Of a stretch of 64,000 nucleotides of DNA, positions 36,379-46,217 are shown piece by piece. The notes under the pieces are model-generated. The model did not search any database, was not told the DNA's origin, and saw nothing but the letters and a program-made list of their open reading frames with translations. The DNA is taken from contig CAZCNN010000002.1 of NCBI GenBank assembly GCA_964500505.1, positions 4,081 to 68,080 on the forward strand. Reading direction: 5' to 3'. Position 1 is the stretch's first letter; each line of letters opens with the position of its first letter. A program made the position numbers and the translations under genes. This DNA comes from an uncultured Bdellovibrionales bacterium. Its GTDB lineage: Bacteria; Patescibacteriota; Minisyncoccia; Moranbacterales; UBA1568.

Positions 36379-38033
36379 AAGAAAGGGTCCAAAAAGAAGG
36401 TAAATTGGTTGCCGTCTACGGTAGAGTCTCAACTTCAAATCAGGAGAATGAGAAGACCATTGAGACGCAGCTTTTGGCTGTCCACGAACTTGCCGAAAAA
36501 GAAAATTACACTATTGTGCAAGAATATCTTGATGAGGGTTGGAGCGGAGATAATCTCGCAAGACCAGGCCTCGATCAACTTCGCATCGATGCAAAGAAGA
36601 AGAATTGGGAAGCCGTATTGATTTATGACCCAGATAGATTGGCTCGGCGGGGAGCGTGGCAAGAAGTAGTGATGGAGGAGTTAAAAGAACTAGAGATCGA
36701 TGTTCTTTTTGTCACTATTCCAAAACCAAAAACCGACGAGGATGTCATCATGTATAAAATGAGAGGTGTGTTCGCTGAATATGAAAGAATGAAAATAGCG
36801 GAGCGTTTTCGGCTCGGAAAGAAGCGGAAAGTAGAAGAGGGACATGTTCTTACCACGGAAGCTCCTTATGGTTATCGCTACATCCGAAATGACAAGGATA
36901 AAAAGCAGCATGGATATTATGAGATCGTTGAAGAAGAAGCAAGAGTGGTGAGGATGATGTTCACTTGGATTGGTGAACATGGCTTCACTATTCGGCAAGT
37001 AGTTCGGAAGTTGCAGGAGCTCGGTATCAAACCGAAGAGGAGCAAGCGAGGAGTGTGGAATACGAGCACATTGTCTACATCGCTTCGCAATAAGACCTAT
37101 ATCGGAGAGGCTCACTACGGGAGTACTTATGCAGTAGTGCCCAAAAATCCCCAAAGCAAAGAAAAGTTTCGCAAAGTAAAAAAGAGTAGCCGAAAGAATA
37201 GACCAGAGGAGGAGTGGATAGCATCGAAAATCCCTGTACCGGCAATTATCGATAAGCCACTTTTTGCGAAAGTGCGCGCCCAATTAGAGGCGAATTTTGC
37301 TCTGTGTCAGCGTAATGCGAAGAACGAGTATTTGCTTGGAAGCAAAATATTCTGCTCTTGTGGTACAAAACGGAATGGTGAGGGTCCCCAACATGGCAAG
37401 CACCTGTATTACCGCTGTAGCAATCGGGTGTATAGTTTTCCGTTGCCTCGCACATGCCATGAAGGTGGGATTAATGCGAGAATTACTGATCGGTTGGTAT
37501 GGGAAGGAATCGACAGACTGCTGACTTCTCCGGATTTGTTACTGGCACAGATAGATCAGTGGAAGAAGAATCAAAAACATGAATCTCAGTCCGTCTTTGG
37601 GGATATTGAGGTAATAAAGAAGGAAATAGCAAAACTGAAAACGCAACAGGACCGATATAATAGAGCATACGGAGCCGAAGTCCTGACGTTAGAGCAGTTG
37701 AAGGGGTACACTGCATCCATAAGGAGTGATATTGCAGCGCTTGAGTCACAGATAAGAATGGCGGAACAGCAAGAGGGTCAGTCGAAGGTTGGTCGTGAGC
37801 CAACAAGGGAGGAGATAGAGGCCTTGGCAGAAAGAGCGACAAAAAATCTCAGGGACTTGAATTTTAACGGAAAAAGAGGGATAGTAAGAGACATTGTAGA
37901 AAAAGTCATTGGTACCCAATTGCAGGTAGAAGTATCCGGAGCTATTCCTTTAACGACACTAAACTATGTCGAGTACAAAACTGAAAGTCGGAATCGTAGG
38001 ACTGCCAAACGTCGGGAAATCGACGCTGTTTAA
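36375..38033 (+). CDS. Large serine recombinase (integrase); 3' end crosses attR and overlaps ychF
   Basis: YGRVST, DEGWSG, RPGL, DRLAR, PYGY, zinc ribbon CSCG...YYRC...C, coiled coil. Confidence 0.95.
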   Translation: MKERVQKEGKLVAVYGRVSTSNQENEKTIETQLLAVHELAEKENYTIVQEYLDEGWSGDNLARPGLDQLRIDAKKKNWEAVLIYDPDRLARRGAWQEVVMEELKELEIDVLFVTIPKPKTDEDVIMYKMRGVFAEYERMKIAERFRLGKKRKVEEGHVLTTEAPYGYRYIRNDKDKKQHGYYEIVEEEARVVRMMFTWIGEHGFTIRQVVRKLQELGIKPKRSKRGVWNTSTLSTSLRNKTYIGEAHYGSTYAVVPKNPQSKEKFRKVKKSSRKNRPEEEWIASKIPVPAIIDKPLFAKVRAQLEANFALCQRNAKNEYLLGSKIFCSCGTKRNGEGPQHGKHLYYRCSNRVYSFPLPRTCHEGGINARITDRLVWEGIDRLLTSPDLLLAQIDQWKKNQKHESQSVFGDIEVIKKEIAKLKTQQDRYNRAYGAEVLTLEQLKGYTASIRSDIAALESQIRMAEQQEGQSKVGREPTREEIEALAERATKNLRDLNFNGKRGIVRDIVEKVIGTQLQVEVSGAIPLTTLNYVEYKTESRNRRTAKRREIDAV

Positions 38034-39024
38034 GGCGCTCACGCGGAAGCAGGTGGATATCAACAACTATCCTTTTTGTACCATCGAGCCCAATATCGGC
38101 ATCGTCGAGGTGCCAGACGAGCGTCTAGCCAAGCTCTCTACTCTCTCCGGGAGTAAGAAAATCATTCCAGCCGTGATCGAGTTTGTCGATATTGCCGGTC
38201 TTGTAAAGGGTGCGAGCGAAGGGGAGGGTCTCGGCAACAAGTTTCTCCAGAATATCCGAGAAGTGGATGCCATCGTCGAGGTAGTACGCGTGTTTCAGAA
38301 TCCAGACATCATCCACGTCCACAACCGGGTGGAACCCAAAGAGGATATCGAAATCATCAATACCGAACTCATCCTCGCTGACCTGGAGACCGTGACCAAA
38401 CGGAAATTGAAGACCGTGAAAGAAGCCCGAGCCGGGCACAAGGCGGCGCTCGCGGAGATGACGGTCCTTGAAAAGCTTGAGACAGAGTTTCAGGCCGCGC
38501 GACTCCCGCATGCCATGATCGAATCACTCTCCGACGAAGAGCAGAAAATCGTGCGAGAGCTCCAGCTCCTCACCACCAAGCCCTTTCTCTATGTGTACAA
38601 TGTGTCGGATGTCGAGGTGACGCTCGCGCCGGAACTTGAGATGCGTCCTCATGTGAAGCTTGATATCAAGATCGAGGAGGAGCTCATCGAGATGACGGAG
38701 GAGGAAATTGCCGAGATGGGGCTGGTCTCACACCTCGGTGACCTGGCGCGAGGGGCCTATGCGCTCCTCGGGCTCATGACCTATTTCACGACTGGCGAGA
38801 TGGAGACCCGGGCCTGGACGGTCAAGCAGGGCTCGACGGCGCCACAGGCAGGGGCGGCTATCCATGGAGATTTCGAAGAAAAGTTCATCCGGGCGGAGAT
38901 TATCCACTTTACCAAACTGATCGAAGCGGGGTCTTGGAGTGCTGCCAGAGACCTGGGGACACTGCGTCTTGAGGGGCGGGAATATGTCGTCCAGGATGGG
39001 GACGTCATCGTGTTCAAAATCTAG
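37966..39024 (+). CDS. ychF: Redox-regulated ATPase YchF (first codons supplied by the element)
   Basis: [45 protein letters not shown] domain YVVQDGD. Confidence 0.97.
   Translation: MSSTKLKVGIVGLPNVGKSTLFKALTRKQVDINNYPFCTIEPNIGIVEVPDERLAKLSTLSGSKKIIPAVIEFVDIAGLVKGASEGEGLGNKFLQNIREVDAIVEVVRVFQNPDIIHVHNRVEPKEDIEIINTELILADLETVTKRKLKTVKEARAGHKAALAEMTVLEKLETEFQAARLPHAMIESLSDEEQKIVRELQLLTTKPFLYVYNVSDVEVTLAPELEMRPHVKLDIKIEEELIEMTEEEIAEMGLVSHLGDLARGAYALLGLMTYFTTGEMETRAWTVKQGSTAPQAGAAIHGDFEEKFIRAEIIHFTKLIEAGSWSAARDLGTLRLEGREYVVQDGDVIVFKI
37968..38005 (+). other. attR junction
   Basis: Core AAAGT (37984-37988) shared with 13884-13888; arm GTCGAGTACAAAACTG is an imperfect inverted repeat of CAGTATGGACTCTAC at the left end. 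Confidence 0.8.
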
Positions 39025-39108
39025 TAGGAAATCCCCAGACTTTGTGGTATAATACATCCGTCTGCAAGGCGGATTTTTTGTCCATGCCGAGCGTTTAATG
39101 AAGGGAAC

Positions 39109-42100
39109 ATGACACAACTCGTGCAGTCAAAACAAAAGGAGAAAACACAATCAATTTTTCGGCGCTTTTTTACCAAGAAAGTGCTCGTTTTGCGTTGGCA
39201 GTTCAATCTCCTCAGTCTCGTGTTCTTGGGTGTCGGTGCGCTCGCGGGATTCTATCTGACCCTCTCGGGGGTTATCCCACATATCCTCGCTGCCGATACG
39301 ACGGATACCTGGGACTTCTCTGTCAGTGGGGACTATACCCCATCTGACTCGTCACTCCTTGAGGTGACATCATCGACTGCGCGACTCAAGGTCCAGAACT
39401 ATGCGACAGACGCGAATACCGCGGCCCTCTGGCACCTCGATGAATCAAGTGGCAACGCGACGGATAGCTCTGGCAATAGTAATACGGGGACAGTGGCCAA
39501 TGGCACCTATACCACCGGCAGTCTCAACAATGGACTGACATTCAACGGCTCCACGGCATCGCTTACGGCTGCGGACTCGAGCTCACTTTCACTCACTGGT
39601 GACTTTACTGTTGAGGCCTGGACCAAGTTTTCTTCATCATTCAGTACGACATCCAATCGGAACCGACAGGGCATCCTCGACAAGGGACCATATCAGATGT
39701 ACTACGATAACGAGTCGGGGAAAGTTGTGTTTGAGATGGCACCATCGTCAGCGAACGGCTGGGCTCAGGTGGCGGGGCCGGATATGCTCAACAACAACGG
39801 TGTATCGATCAACACCGAAACCAACCAAAGTTGGGATGCGAACAGTAAGAACTTCGTGTGGAAGCAGGTGGTGGTAGGGAGTGATATCTACGTCGCGCTC
39901 GGTAGTGCGACCACGGGGACGACGGTGACCGGTGACGCTGAAGTCTGGAAGTGTACCAGCTGTGATACCAGTCCGGCATGGTCCAAGATTGGTGGGGACG
40001 GACTGAACAGTAGTTGGGCCGATGGGACATACGAAGATGCATCGTCGATTGTCTCGGACGGGACCAATATCTATACCGGTATCGGTAACAGTTCGGGTGA
40101 AGCAGAAGTGTGGCGGTACGATGGATCATCGTGGACCAAAGTAGGAGGTGATACCGTCAACTCGAGCTGGCTCATCGTGGCTCCTGGTCCTTATGAGCGC
40201 GTGACGAGTATGGTCGCGGATGGGACCACCATTTATGCTGGCTTAGGAACGACAGCAAGCGACGCTGAAGTCTGGCGCTGTACAAATTGTGATAGTAGCC
40301 CGAGCTGGTCGAAGATTGGTGGTGATGGGACAGGATCTGGTGGGCAATCCTGGGCTACGGGATATGAAGAAGTGTCGGCTCTCACCATCGTGAATAGCAC
40401 GACACTTGCCGTTGGCCTCGGGACATCAGCTGGGGACGCCGAAGTTTGGACCTGTGCGACATCGTCGTGCGCGGTGACTTCTGGTTGGACCAAGCGTGGT
40501 GGGGACGCGACTGGCTCCGGTGGCCAGTCCTGGTCAAACGTGACAGATGAAATTCGCAGTCTCGCATCAAGTGGCACCGTCATCTATGTGGGTACGGGTG
40601 TGACAGCTGGCGAGGCCGATGTATGGCGCTGTGACCTCGGTGGTACCTGCACGACGACTTCGGGGTGGACTCAAGTCGGTGGCGATGCACTGAACTCGAG
40701 CTGGGCAGCCTCAACATATGAGCGGGTCTGGTCTCTGCTTGCCAGTGGCACGACTGTCTATGCGGGTCTAGGTGATACGGCCGGTGATGCTGAAGTTTGG
40801 CAGTGTACAAGCTGTGATGGTGGTAGTCCTGTATGGACGAAACTCGGTGGTGACGGTACCGGTATCAGTGGTCAGTCTTGGGGAAATACGACCGGTGCGT
40901 CATTTTTGTACGCAGCGAGCTTGTCGATGATCGGCAATAATATCTTTGTGGGAGCGAGCTCCGGAGCCGGGACCAGTGGCGCTGAGATGTGGCGTTGTGA
41001 TACGAGCGGGACCTGTAGTAACTCAGCTGGCTGGACAAGAATAGCTGGCGACTACCTCAATGCTAGTTGGGGAGTATATGGATTGAATGGTGTCATATCT
41101 ATGACCACAACGGGTGGTAAACTGTATGCCGGAACTGGAGATGATCAGGCGGCTGCAACATCCAATGGCAACGCGACGGTATGGGAATATGACGGTACGA
41201 GCTGGACCATGATTGGTGGTCAAGGAAAAAATAGTTCGTGGGCGTATGGCCACCCCACATCAACCGCACAGACAATCCGCTCGGTGACATCGATGACAGG
41301 ATACAATGGGACACTCATCGTGGGGCTCGGTGGTGGTACCGCTGGTGATGCCGAGGTCTGGAGCTGGAATGGGAGCGCCTGGACCAAGATTGGTGGCGAC
41401 GGGACCGGGACGGGCGGTCAATCCTGGGCTACTGGAACCAAACGTTCAGTCCCAGCGATGACAGTCGTCGGCTCGACTCTCTACGCGGGACTCCAAGGGA
41501 CGGCGGCCGGTGATGGCGAGATGTGGACCTGCGATCTCGCGGTCTCGTGTACGACGACCGCTGGTTGGACGCTCCGGGGCGGTGATGCGACGGGTGCTGG
41601 TGGGCAGAGTTGGAACAACACGACGTTTGAGGCCGTATGGAGCATGGCGGTCCGAGGTACGAGTCTGTATATCGGACTCGGCTCAAGTGCGGGGGACGCC
41701 GAAGTTTGGACCTGTGATACGGGCGCATCCTGCACTCAGACGGCTGGCTGGACCAAGCTCGGTGGCGATACCGTCAATTCAAGTTGGGCCAATAGTACGT
41801 ACGAGGAAGTGACGGCGCTCACATGGTACCGGGGCGAGCTCTATGCTGGTCTCGGAGCGAGTACGGGTGATGCCGAACTCTGGAAGTATAATGGGACCAA
41901 CTGGGGGAGTGCTGCCGTCGCTGGTGACGGACTGAATGGGAGTTGGACCGATACTCTCTACGAGCGAGTGAAGTCGCTTACCACGTATAATGGAGACCTT
42001 ATAGTGAGCTTGGGTGATGGTACCGGAGAAGGTGAAGTATGGCGGTACAATACGAGCACTTGGTCACGTATCGGTGGTGATGGTGCCAATTCCGGTTGGA

Positions 42101-45100
42101 CCAATATCGTCGAGCGCATCAGTGCTCTGGCAGTGTATAAAGGCAAACTCTATGCTGGGACAGGGCTGACCGCCAATAGCGATGCAACGATTTGGGCGTA
42201 TGGCGGAAATATTGTTCTTGAGTCGACCACAACGAGTCAAGATACCAGCTGGCACCATATTGCCGTGACGTATGAGGGGAGTGAACTGACGCTCTTTATC
42301 GATGGCATTGAAGATACGAGTGTGGCGACCACGGCTACGATGTCTGATACGGTCCATCCACTCCTCCTTGGGACCCAAGCGGGGTCGACCGTAGCGGGTC
42401 GTGCTCCCTCTAGCTTCACTGGAATGCTTGATGAGGTGCGCATTAGCAATATTGCCCGCTCGTCATTTACGACGACGCCATATACGAGTAGTCGAGTAGC
42501 AGTGAGACCGTCCTCGGCTGTGCGCCTCTCTGGAATCAAATCATGGGACACATTTACTACCACAGAGACAGCGAATGGGGGCACGATTACCTATCGACTT
42601 TCGGATGATGGTGGTACGACCTGGAAGTATTGGAATGGATCGGCGTGGGCCACATCATCAGGACTGACCGATGCGAATAGTGCGAGCACGGTCAACACCA
42701 ATATCGGTACTTTTCCGGTAACTGATGATGGATTTATGTGGCAGGCCGTCCTCCTCGGCAATGGCAATCAGTTGGTGACTTTAAATGAAGTGGTAATGGA
42801 GTCAACCTCTGATATTGTGGCTCCGACGGCGCCAGATACGCTCACGGCGCTCAATCAGAACGGGGGATTGACTTCACTCACGACCAATACCTGGTACACG
42901 TATACGGCACCGTACTTTAGCTGGAGCGGAGCGACGGATACCGGTGGATCAGGAGTCGGTGGGTACTATGTCTATTTTGGGACAGACAATACTGCTGAGC
43001 CATCGACCGCTGGGACCTTTCAGGTGGCAAGTACCTACGAACCCTCAAGTATGACCAGTGGTCAGACCTACTATCTCCGGATTCGAGCACGGGACAATGC
43101 TCAGAATACGAGCTCAGTCTACGCTGCTTTTATCTACAAACTCGACAGTACCGGACCACAGAATCCGACTGGTGTGACGGTGGCGCCGACGGGATATTCA
43201 CCGACCAATGATTTTACTTTCTTCTGGACTGCGACTGCGAGCGATGCCGCCTCTGGTGTCGCTGGCTACCAGTATCAGGTGGGAGCGTCGGTTAATCCGG
43301 GGAGCTGGTCATCAACGACGTCGAGTACGAGCGTCAATCTGCCAGGGGCGGCGTACCAGACTGGCGAAAACTTCTTTTACCTCCGGACCCTTGATAACGC
43401 CGGGAACGTGGCAAGTGTCAATGTCCAGGTTGCCTTTTACTATGCGGGGAGTGGCCCGACCGCTCCACAAAATGTCGATGTCACACCGGAAACGAATACC
43501 GCGAACTCCTTTGCCTTTTCCTGGGATGCCCCATCGAGTTATTCGGGTGATGCCGCTGATTTGACCTATTGTTACACCATCAATACCCTTCCATCAGAGA
43601 TTACCTGTAGTTTTACTTCAGCGGGAGCGACATCGCTCTCTGCTTCGGCTTTTGCCACCCAGGTAGGTGCCAACACGTTCTATGTGGTAGCTAAAAATGA
43701 TGATAGCGTCGGTGGAGCCATCAACTATGGAGCCTATGACAGCGTGACCTTTACGGCCAACACCAGTGCCCCGGGTATTCCCCTTAACGTGGAAATAGCT
43801 GATGTGTCGGTGAAGAGTACCAGCTCCTGGAAGATTGCCCTCTCGTGGGAGCCACCCTCGTCTGGGACGGTTGAGGATTATGAGATCTACCGCTCAACTG
43901 ATGGCACGACCTATACCTATTCGGCTGCGACCACCGGTATCGCTTTTGTAGACACCGGACTGGATCAGACCACCTACTACTACAAGGTCCGGGCCTGCGA
44001 CAACGTTCACAACTGTGGTTCGTTTAGTACCGCGGTTGAGCTTCTGCCGAGTGGTCGTTTTACCACGGCTCCAGAGCTCTCCTCTGAGCCAAAAGTAACT
44101 GCCATCACCACCCGGGCCGCGACCATCACCTGGAGCACGGATCGTACTTCAGATAGTAAGATTCAATATGGCAAGAGTGCCCGCTCATACCTGAGTGAAG
44201 AACCGAGCAATTCGGACCAACTCACTGATCACGAGATCCATCTGACCAACTTGTCACCAGGAACCAAGTACTATTTCAAAGCCAAGTGGACCGACGAAGA
44301 CGGTAACACCGGGGTATCATCGGAAGATAGTTTTGAGACCGCTCCGGCCCCAACTGTCACGGACCCGACCTTGAAGACCGCCGGACTTGAGGACGCGGTA
44401 CTTGAGTTTACGGTGCAAGACGCGAGTTCGGTCAAAATCTACTACGGCACGACGGCCGCTTTTGGTAGTATCAAAGAAATCGCCACCTCGACCACCAAGA
44501 CCACCTACAATGTCACCCTCGACAACCTCCTTGATGGGACCAAATATTACTACAAGATTAATACCCTTGATACTGAAGAAGAAGAGTATGATGGGAGCAC
44601 CCTCTCGTTTGAGACCTTGCCTCGACCAAAGATCTCCAACGTCCGGATTCAGCAGGTACGGGGATCAGCTCAGACTATTGTGCTTGTCACCTGGTCGACC
44701 AATACGGACACTTCGTCCATTGTGAGTTACTATCCCGAGGGCAAGCCAGAGGAACTCCTTGATGAGGTCAATGTGAAACTTCAGAAAGGGGAGCACCGGG
44801 TCCTGGTGCGTAATCTTCTCCCCCAGACTCCATACGTGCTCGTGGTGAAAGGACGAGATCGAGCGGGTAATGAAGCGGCGAGTGATTCTCAGCGTTTCAC
44901 GACGGCGACAGATACTCGAGCGCCCCAGGTGTCCGAGGTCAATGTCGAAGGAACAGTCTCGACCCGTGGCGGAGACAATACCGAAGCTGAAGCCGAAGCA
45001 CAACTGGTCATCTCGTGGACTACTGACGAACAATCGACTTCTCAGGTAGAATATGGAGAGGGGACTGGTTCGACGTATGCTCAGAAATCTCAAGAAGACA

Positions 45101-45294
45101 CGGGACTCGTCACTAACCACACTGTTATCATCTCCGGACTCACTCCTTCCAAGGTGTATCACCTCCGCATTGTTTCGCGTGATAAAGCAGGCAATGTAGG
45201 CAACTCTATCGATACAGTCGCGATTACACCCAAAGCCACCGCCAATGCCCTCGATCTCGTCATCACCAGCCTCCGCTCTATCCTCGGACAATAA
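39109..45294 (+). CDS. Giant surface protein: TM anchor, split LamG domain with 14 Trp/Gly-rich repeats inserted, multiple FN3 domains
   Basis: LWHLDE...FTVEAW and WHHIAVTY...FTGMLDEVRIS LamG halves; W..xGGD...GDAEVW repeats; FN3 motifs such as LSPGTKYYF. Confidence 0.88.
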   Translation: MTQLVQSKQKEKTQSIFRRFFTKKVLVLRWQFNLLSLVFLGVGALAGFYLTLSGVIPHILAADTTDTWDFSVSGDYTPSDSSLLEVTSSTARLKVQNYATDANTAALWHLDESSGNATDSSGNSNTGTVANGTYTTGSLNNGLTFNGSTASLTAADSSSLSLTGDFTVEAWTKFSSSFSTTSNRNRQGILDKGPYQMYYDNESGKVVFEMAPSSANGWAQVAGPDMLNNNGVSINTETNQSWDANSKNFVWKQVVVGSDIYVALGSATTGTTVTGDAEVWKCTSCDTSPAWSKIGGDGLNSSWADGTYEDASSIVSDGTNIYTGIGNSSGEAEVWRYDGSSWTKVGGDTVNSSWLIVAPGPYERVTSMVADGTTIYAGLGTTASDAEVWRCTNCDSSPSWSKIGGDGTGSGGQSWATGYEEVSALTIVNSTTLAVGLGTSAGDAEVWTCATSSCAVTSGWTKRGGDATGSGGQSWSNVTDEIRSLASSGTVIYVGTGVTAGEADVWRCDLGGTCTTTSGWTQVGGDALNSSWAASTYERVWSLLASGTTVYAGLGDTAGDAEVWQCTSCDGGSPVWTKLGGDGTGISGQSWGNTTGASFLYAASLSMIGNNIFVGASSGAGTSGAEMWRCDTSGTCSNSAGWTRIAGDYLNASWGVYGLNGVISMTTTGGKLYAGTGDDQAAATSNGNATVWEYDGTSWTMIGGQGKNSSWAYGHPTSTAQTIRSVTSMTGYNGTLIVGLGGGTAGDAEVWSWNGSAWTKIGGDGTGTGGQSWATGTKRSVPAMTVVGSTLYAGLQGTAAGDGEMWTCDLAVSCTTTAGWTLRGGDATGAGGQSWNNTTFEAVWSMAVRGTSLYIGLGSSAGDAEVWTCDTGASCTQTAGWTKLGGDTVNSSWANSTYEEVTALTWYRGELYAGLGASTGDAELWKYNGTNWGSAAVAGDGLNGSWTDTLYERVKSLTTYNGDLIVSLGDGTGEGEVWRYNTSTWSRIGGDGANSGWTNIVERISALAVYKGKLYAGTGLTANSDATIWAYGGNIVLESTTTSQDTSWHHIAVTYEGSELTLFIDGIEDTSVATTATMSDTVHPLLLGTQAGSTVAGRAPSSFTGMLDEVRISNIARSSFTTTPYTSSRVAVRPSSAVRLSGIKSWDTFTTTETANGGTITYRLSDDGGTTWKYWNGSAWATSSGLTDANSASTVNTNIGTFPVTDDGFMWQAVLLGNGNQLVTLNEVVMESTSDIVAPTAPDTLTALNQNGGLTSLTTNTWYTYTAPYFSWSGATDTGGSGVGGYYVYFGTDNTAEPSTAGTFQVASTYEPSSMTSGQTYYLRIRARDNAQNTSSVYAAFIYKLDSTGPQNPTGVTVAPTGYSPTNDFTFFWTATASDAASGVAGYQYQVGASVNPGSWSSTTSSTSVNLPGAAYQTGENFFYLRTLDNAGNVASVNVQVAFYYAGSGPTAPQNVDVTPETNTANSFAFSWDAPSSYSGDAADLTYCYTINTLPSEITCSFTSAGATSLSASAFATQVGANTFYVVAKNDDSVGGAINYGAYDSVTFTANTSAPGIPLNVEIADVSVKSTSSWKIALSWEPPSSGTVEDYEIYRSTDGTTYTYSAATTGIAFVDTGLDQTTYYYKVRACDNVHNCGSFSTAVELLPSGRFTTAPELSSEPKVTAITTRAATITWSTDRTSDSKIQYGKSARSYLSEEPSNSDQLTDHEIHLTNLSPGTKYYFKAKWTDEDGNTGVSSEDSFETAPAPTVTDPTLKTAGLEDAVLEFTVQDASSVKIYYGTTAAFGSIKEIATSTTKTTYNVTLDNLLDGTKYYYKINTLDTEEEEYDGSTLSFETLPRPKISNVRIQQVRGSAQTIVLVTWSTNTDTSSIVSYYPEGKPEELLDEVNVKLQKGEHRVLVRNLLPQTPYVLVVKGRDRAGNEAASDSQRFTTATDTRAPQVSEVNVEGTVSTRGGDNTEAEAEAQLVISWTTDEQSTSQVEYGEGTGSTYAQKSQEDTGLVTNHTVIISGLTPSKVYHLRIVSRDKAGNVGNSIDTVAITPKATANALDLVITSLRSILGQ

Positions 45295-45305
45295 ACACAA
45301 ACACC

Positions 45306-46214
45306 ATGGCCTCTCCTGTTTTGCGTAAGCAAACAACACCCGCGCCGACGCTCACCCCGCCGCTCCCTGATCCGGCGCCGGTGGTTTCGGATGCAGCACC
45401 GATGCCGGCTCCGATAGCGAAGACGCCACTTATCTCAACCAAGGCGCCCATCGGTCTCGGTGAAGAGATTATCCACGCCGAGGGAGTGATTAAGGCTTTT
45501 GATATCGGGACCCAAATGGTGCTTGTTTTGAAGGGAGTGACGTTTTCGGTAACGCGAGGGGATTTCGCGGTCCTCTTTGGATCCTCTGGTTGCGGCAAGT
45601 CGACGCTCCTCCATATTCTTCTCGGTCTTGAGCCACCGACCAAGGGCACCATCACATTCCTTGGAGAAGATATGTACGCGGGTCGGACTGAGGACGAACG
45701 AGCTCAGTTCCGCAAGCACCACATCGGGATGGTCTATCAGCAGTCAAACTGGGTCAAATCGCTCTCGGTTCTTGAGAATGTCGCGTTTCCCCTCATGCTC
45801 CTCGGCAAAGAAAAGACTGAGTGTCTGGAAAAAGCTTACGAAACCCTCAAGCTCATGAAGATGGAGAACTGGGCCCACTATCACCCGATGGAACTCTCCG
45901 GAGGACAGCAGCAACGTGTGTCGGTAGCGCGGGCTATCATCACTGATCCGGAGGTCCTCGTCGCGGATGAGCCGACTGGTAACCTCGACTATGAAGCAGG
46001 TCAGAACCTCATGTACCTCCTAAATGACCTGAACAATATGGGCAAGACCATCATCATGGTGACTCACGACCTCGAGTATATCCGCTATTCCAAAACCGCC
46101 CTCAATATGAAAGATGGCCGGATCGAAGGTATTTACCGTGATGGCGACAAAGACATCCTCGAATCAAAACTGACGTACAAGAAAGCTGACTTGAGCGTAC
46201 TCAACAAGAAATAA
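45306..46214 (+). CDS. ABC transporter ATP-binding protein (MacB/LolD family)
   Basis: [30 protein letters not shown]. Confidence 0.93.
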   Translation: MASPVLRKQTTPAPTLTPPLPDPAPVVSDAAPMPAPIAKTPLISTKAPIGLGEEIIHAEGVIKAFDIGTQMVLVLKGVTFSVTRGDFAVLFGSSGCGKSTLLHILLGLEPPTKGTITFLGEDMYAGRTEDERAQFRKHHIGMVYQQSNWVKSLSVLENVAFPLMLLGKEKTECLEKAYETLKLMKMENWAHYHPMELSGGQQQRVSVARAIITDPEVLVADEPTGNLDYEAGQNLMYLLNDLNNMGKTIIMVTHDLEYIRYSKTALNMKDGRIEGIYRDGDKDILESKLTYKKADLSVLNKK

Positions 46215-46217
46215 CCT

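Larger units (their letters stand above)
13889..37988. mobile_element. 24.1-kb integrative element (large serine recombinase) inserted in ychF
   Basis: Split ychF start at both ends with shared core AAAGT; recombinase, excisionase and Rep at the right end; defence and glycosyltransferase cargo; visibly more AT-rich than the flanks. Confidence 0.88.

Noticed and set aside
13889-37988. Intact prophage or conjugative ICE
   Set aside because: No structural, packaging, relaxase or T4SS genes recognised.
39760-42207. Repeats as a CRISPR array or DGR template/variable repeats
   Set aside because: They are in-frame protein repeats diverged at synonymous sites; no cas or reverse transcriptase gene and no adenine-specific pattern noticed.
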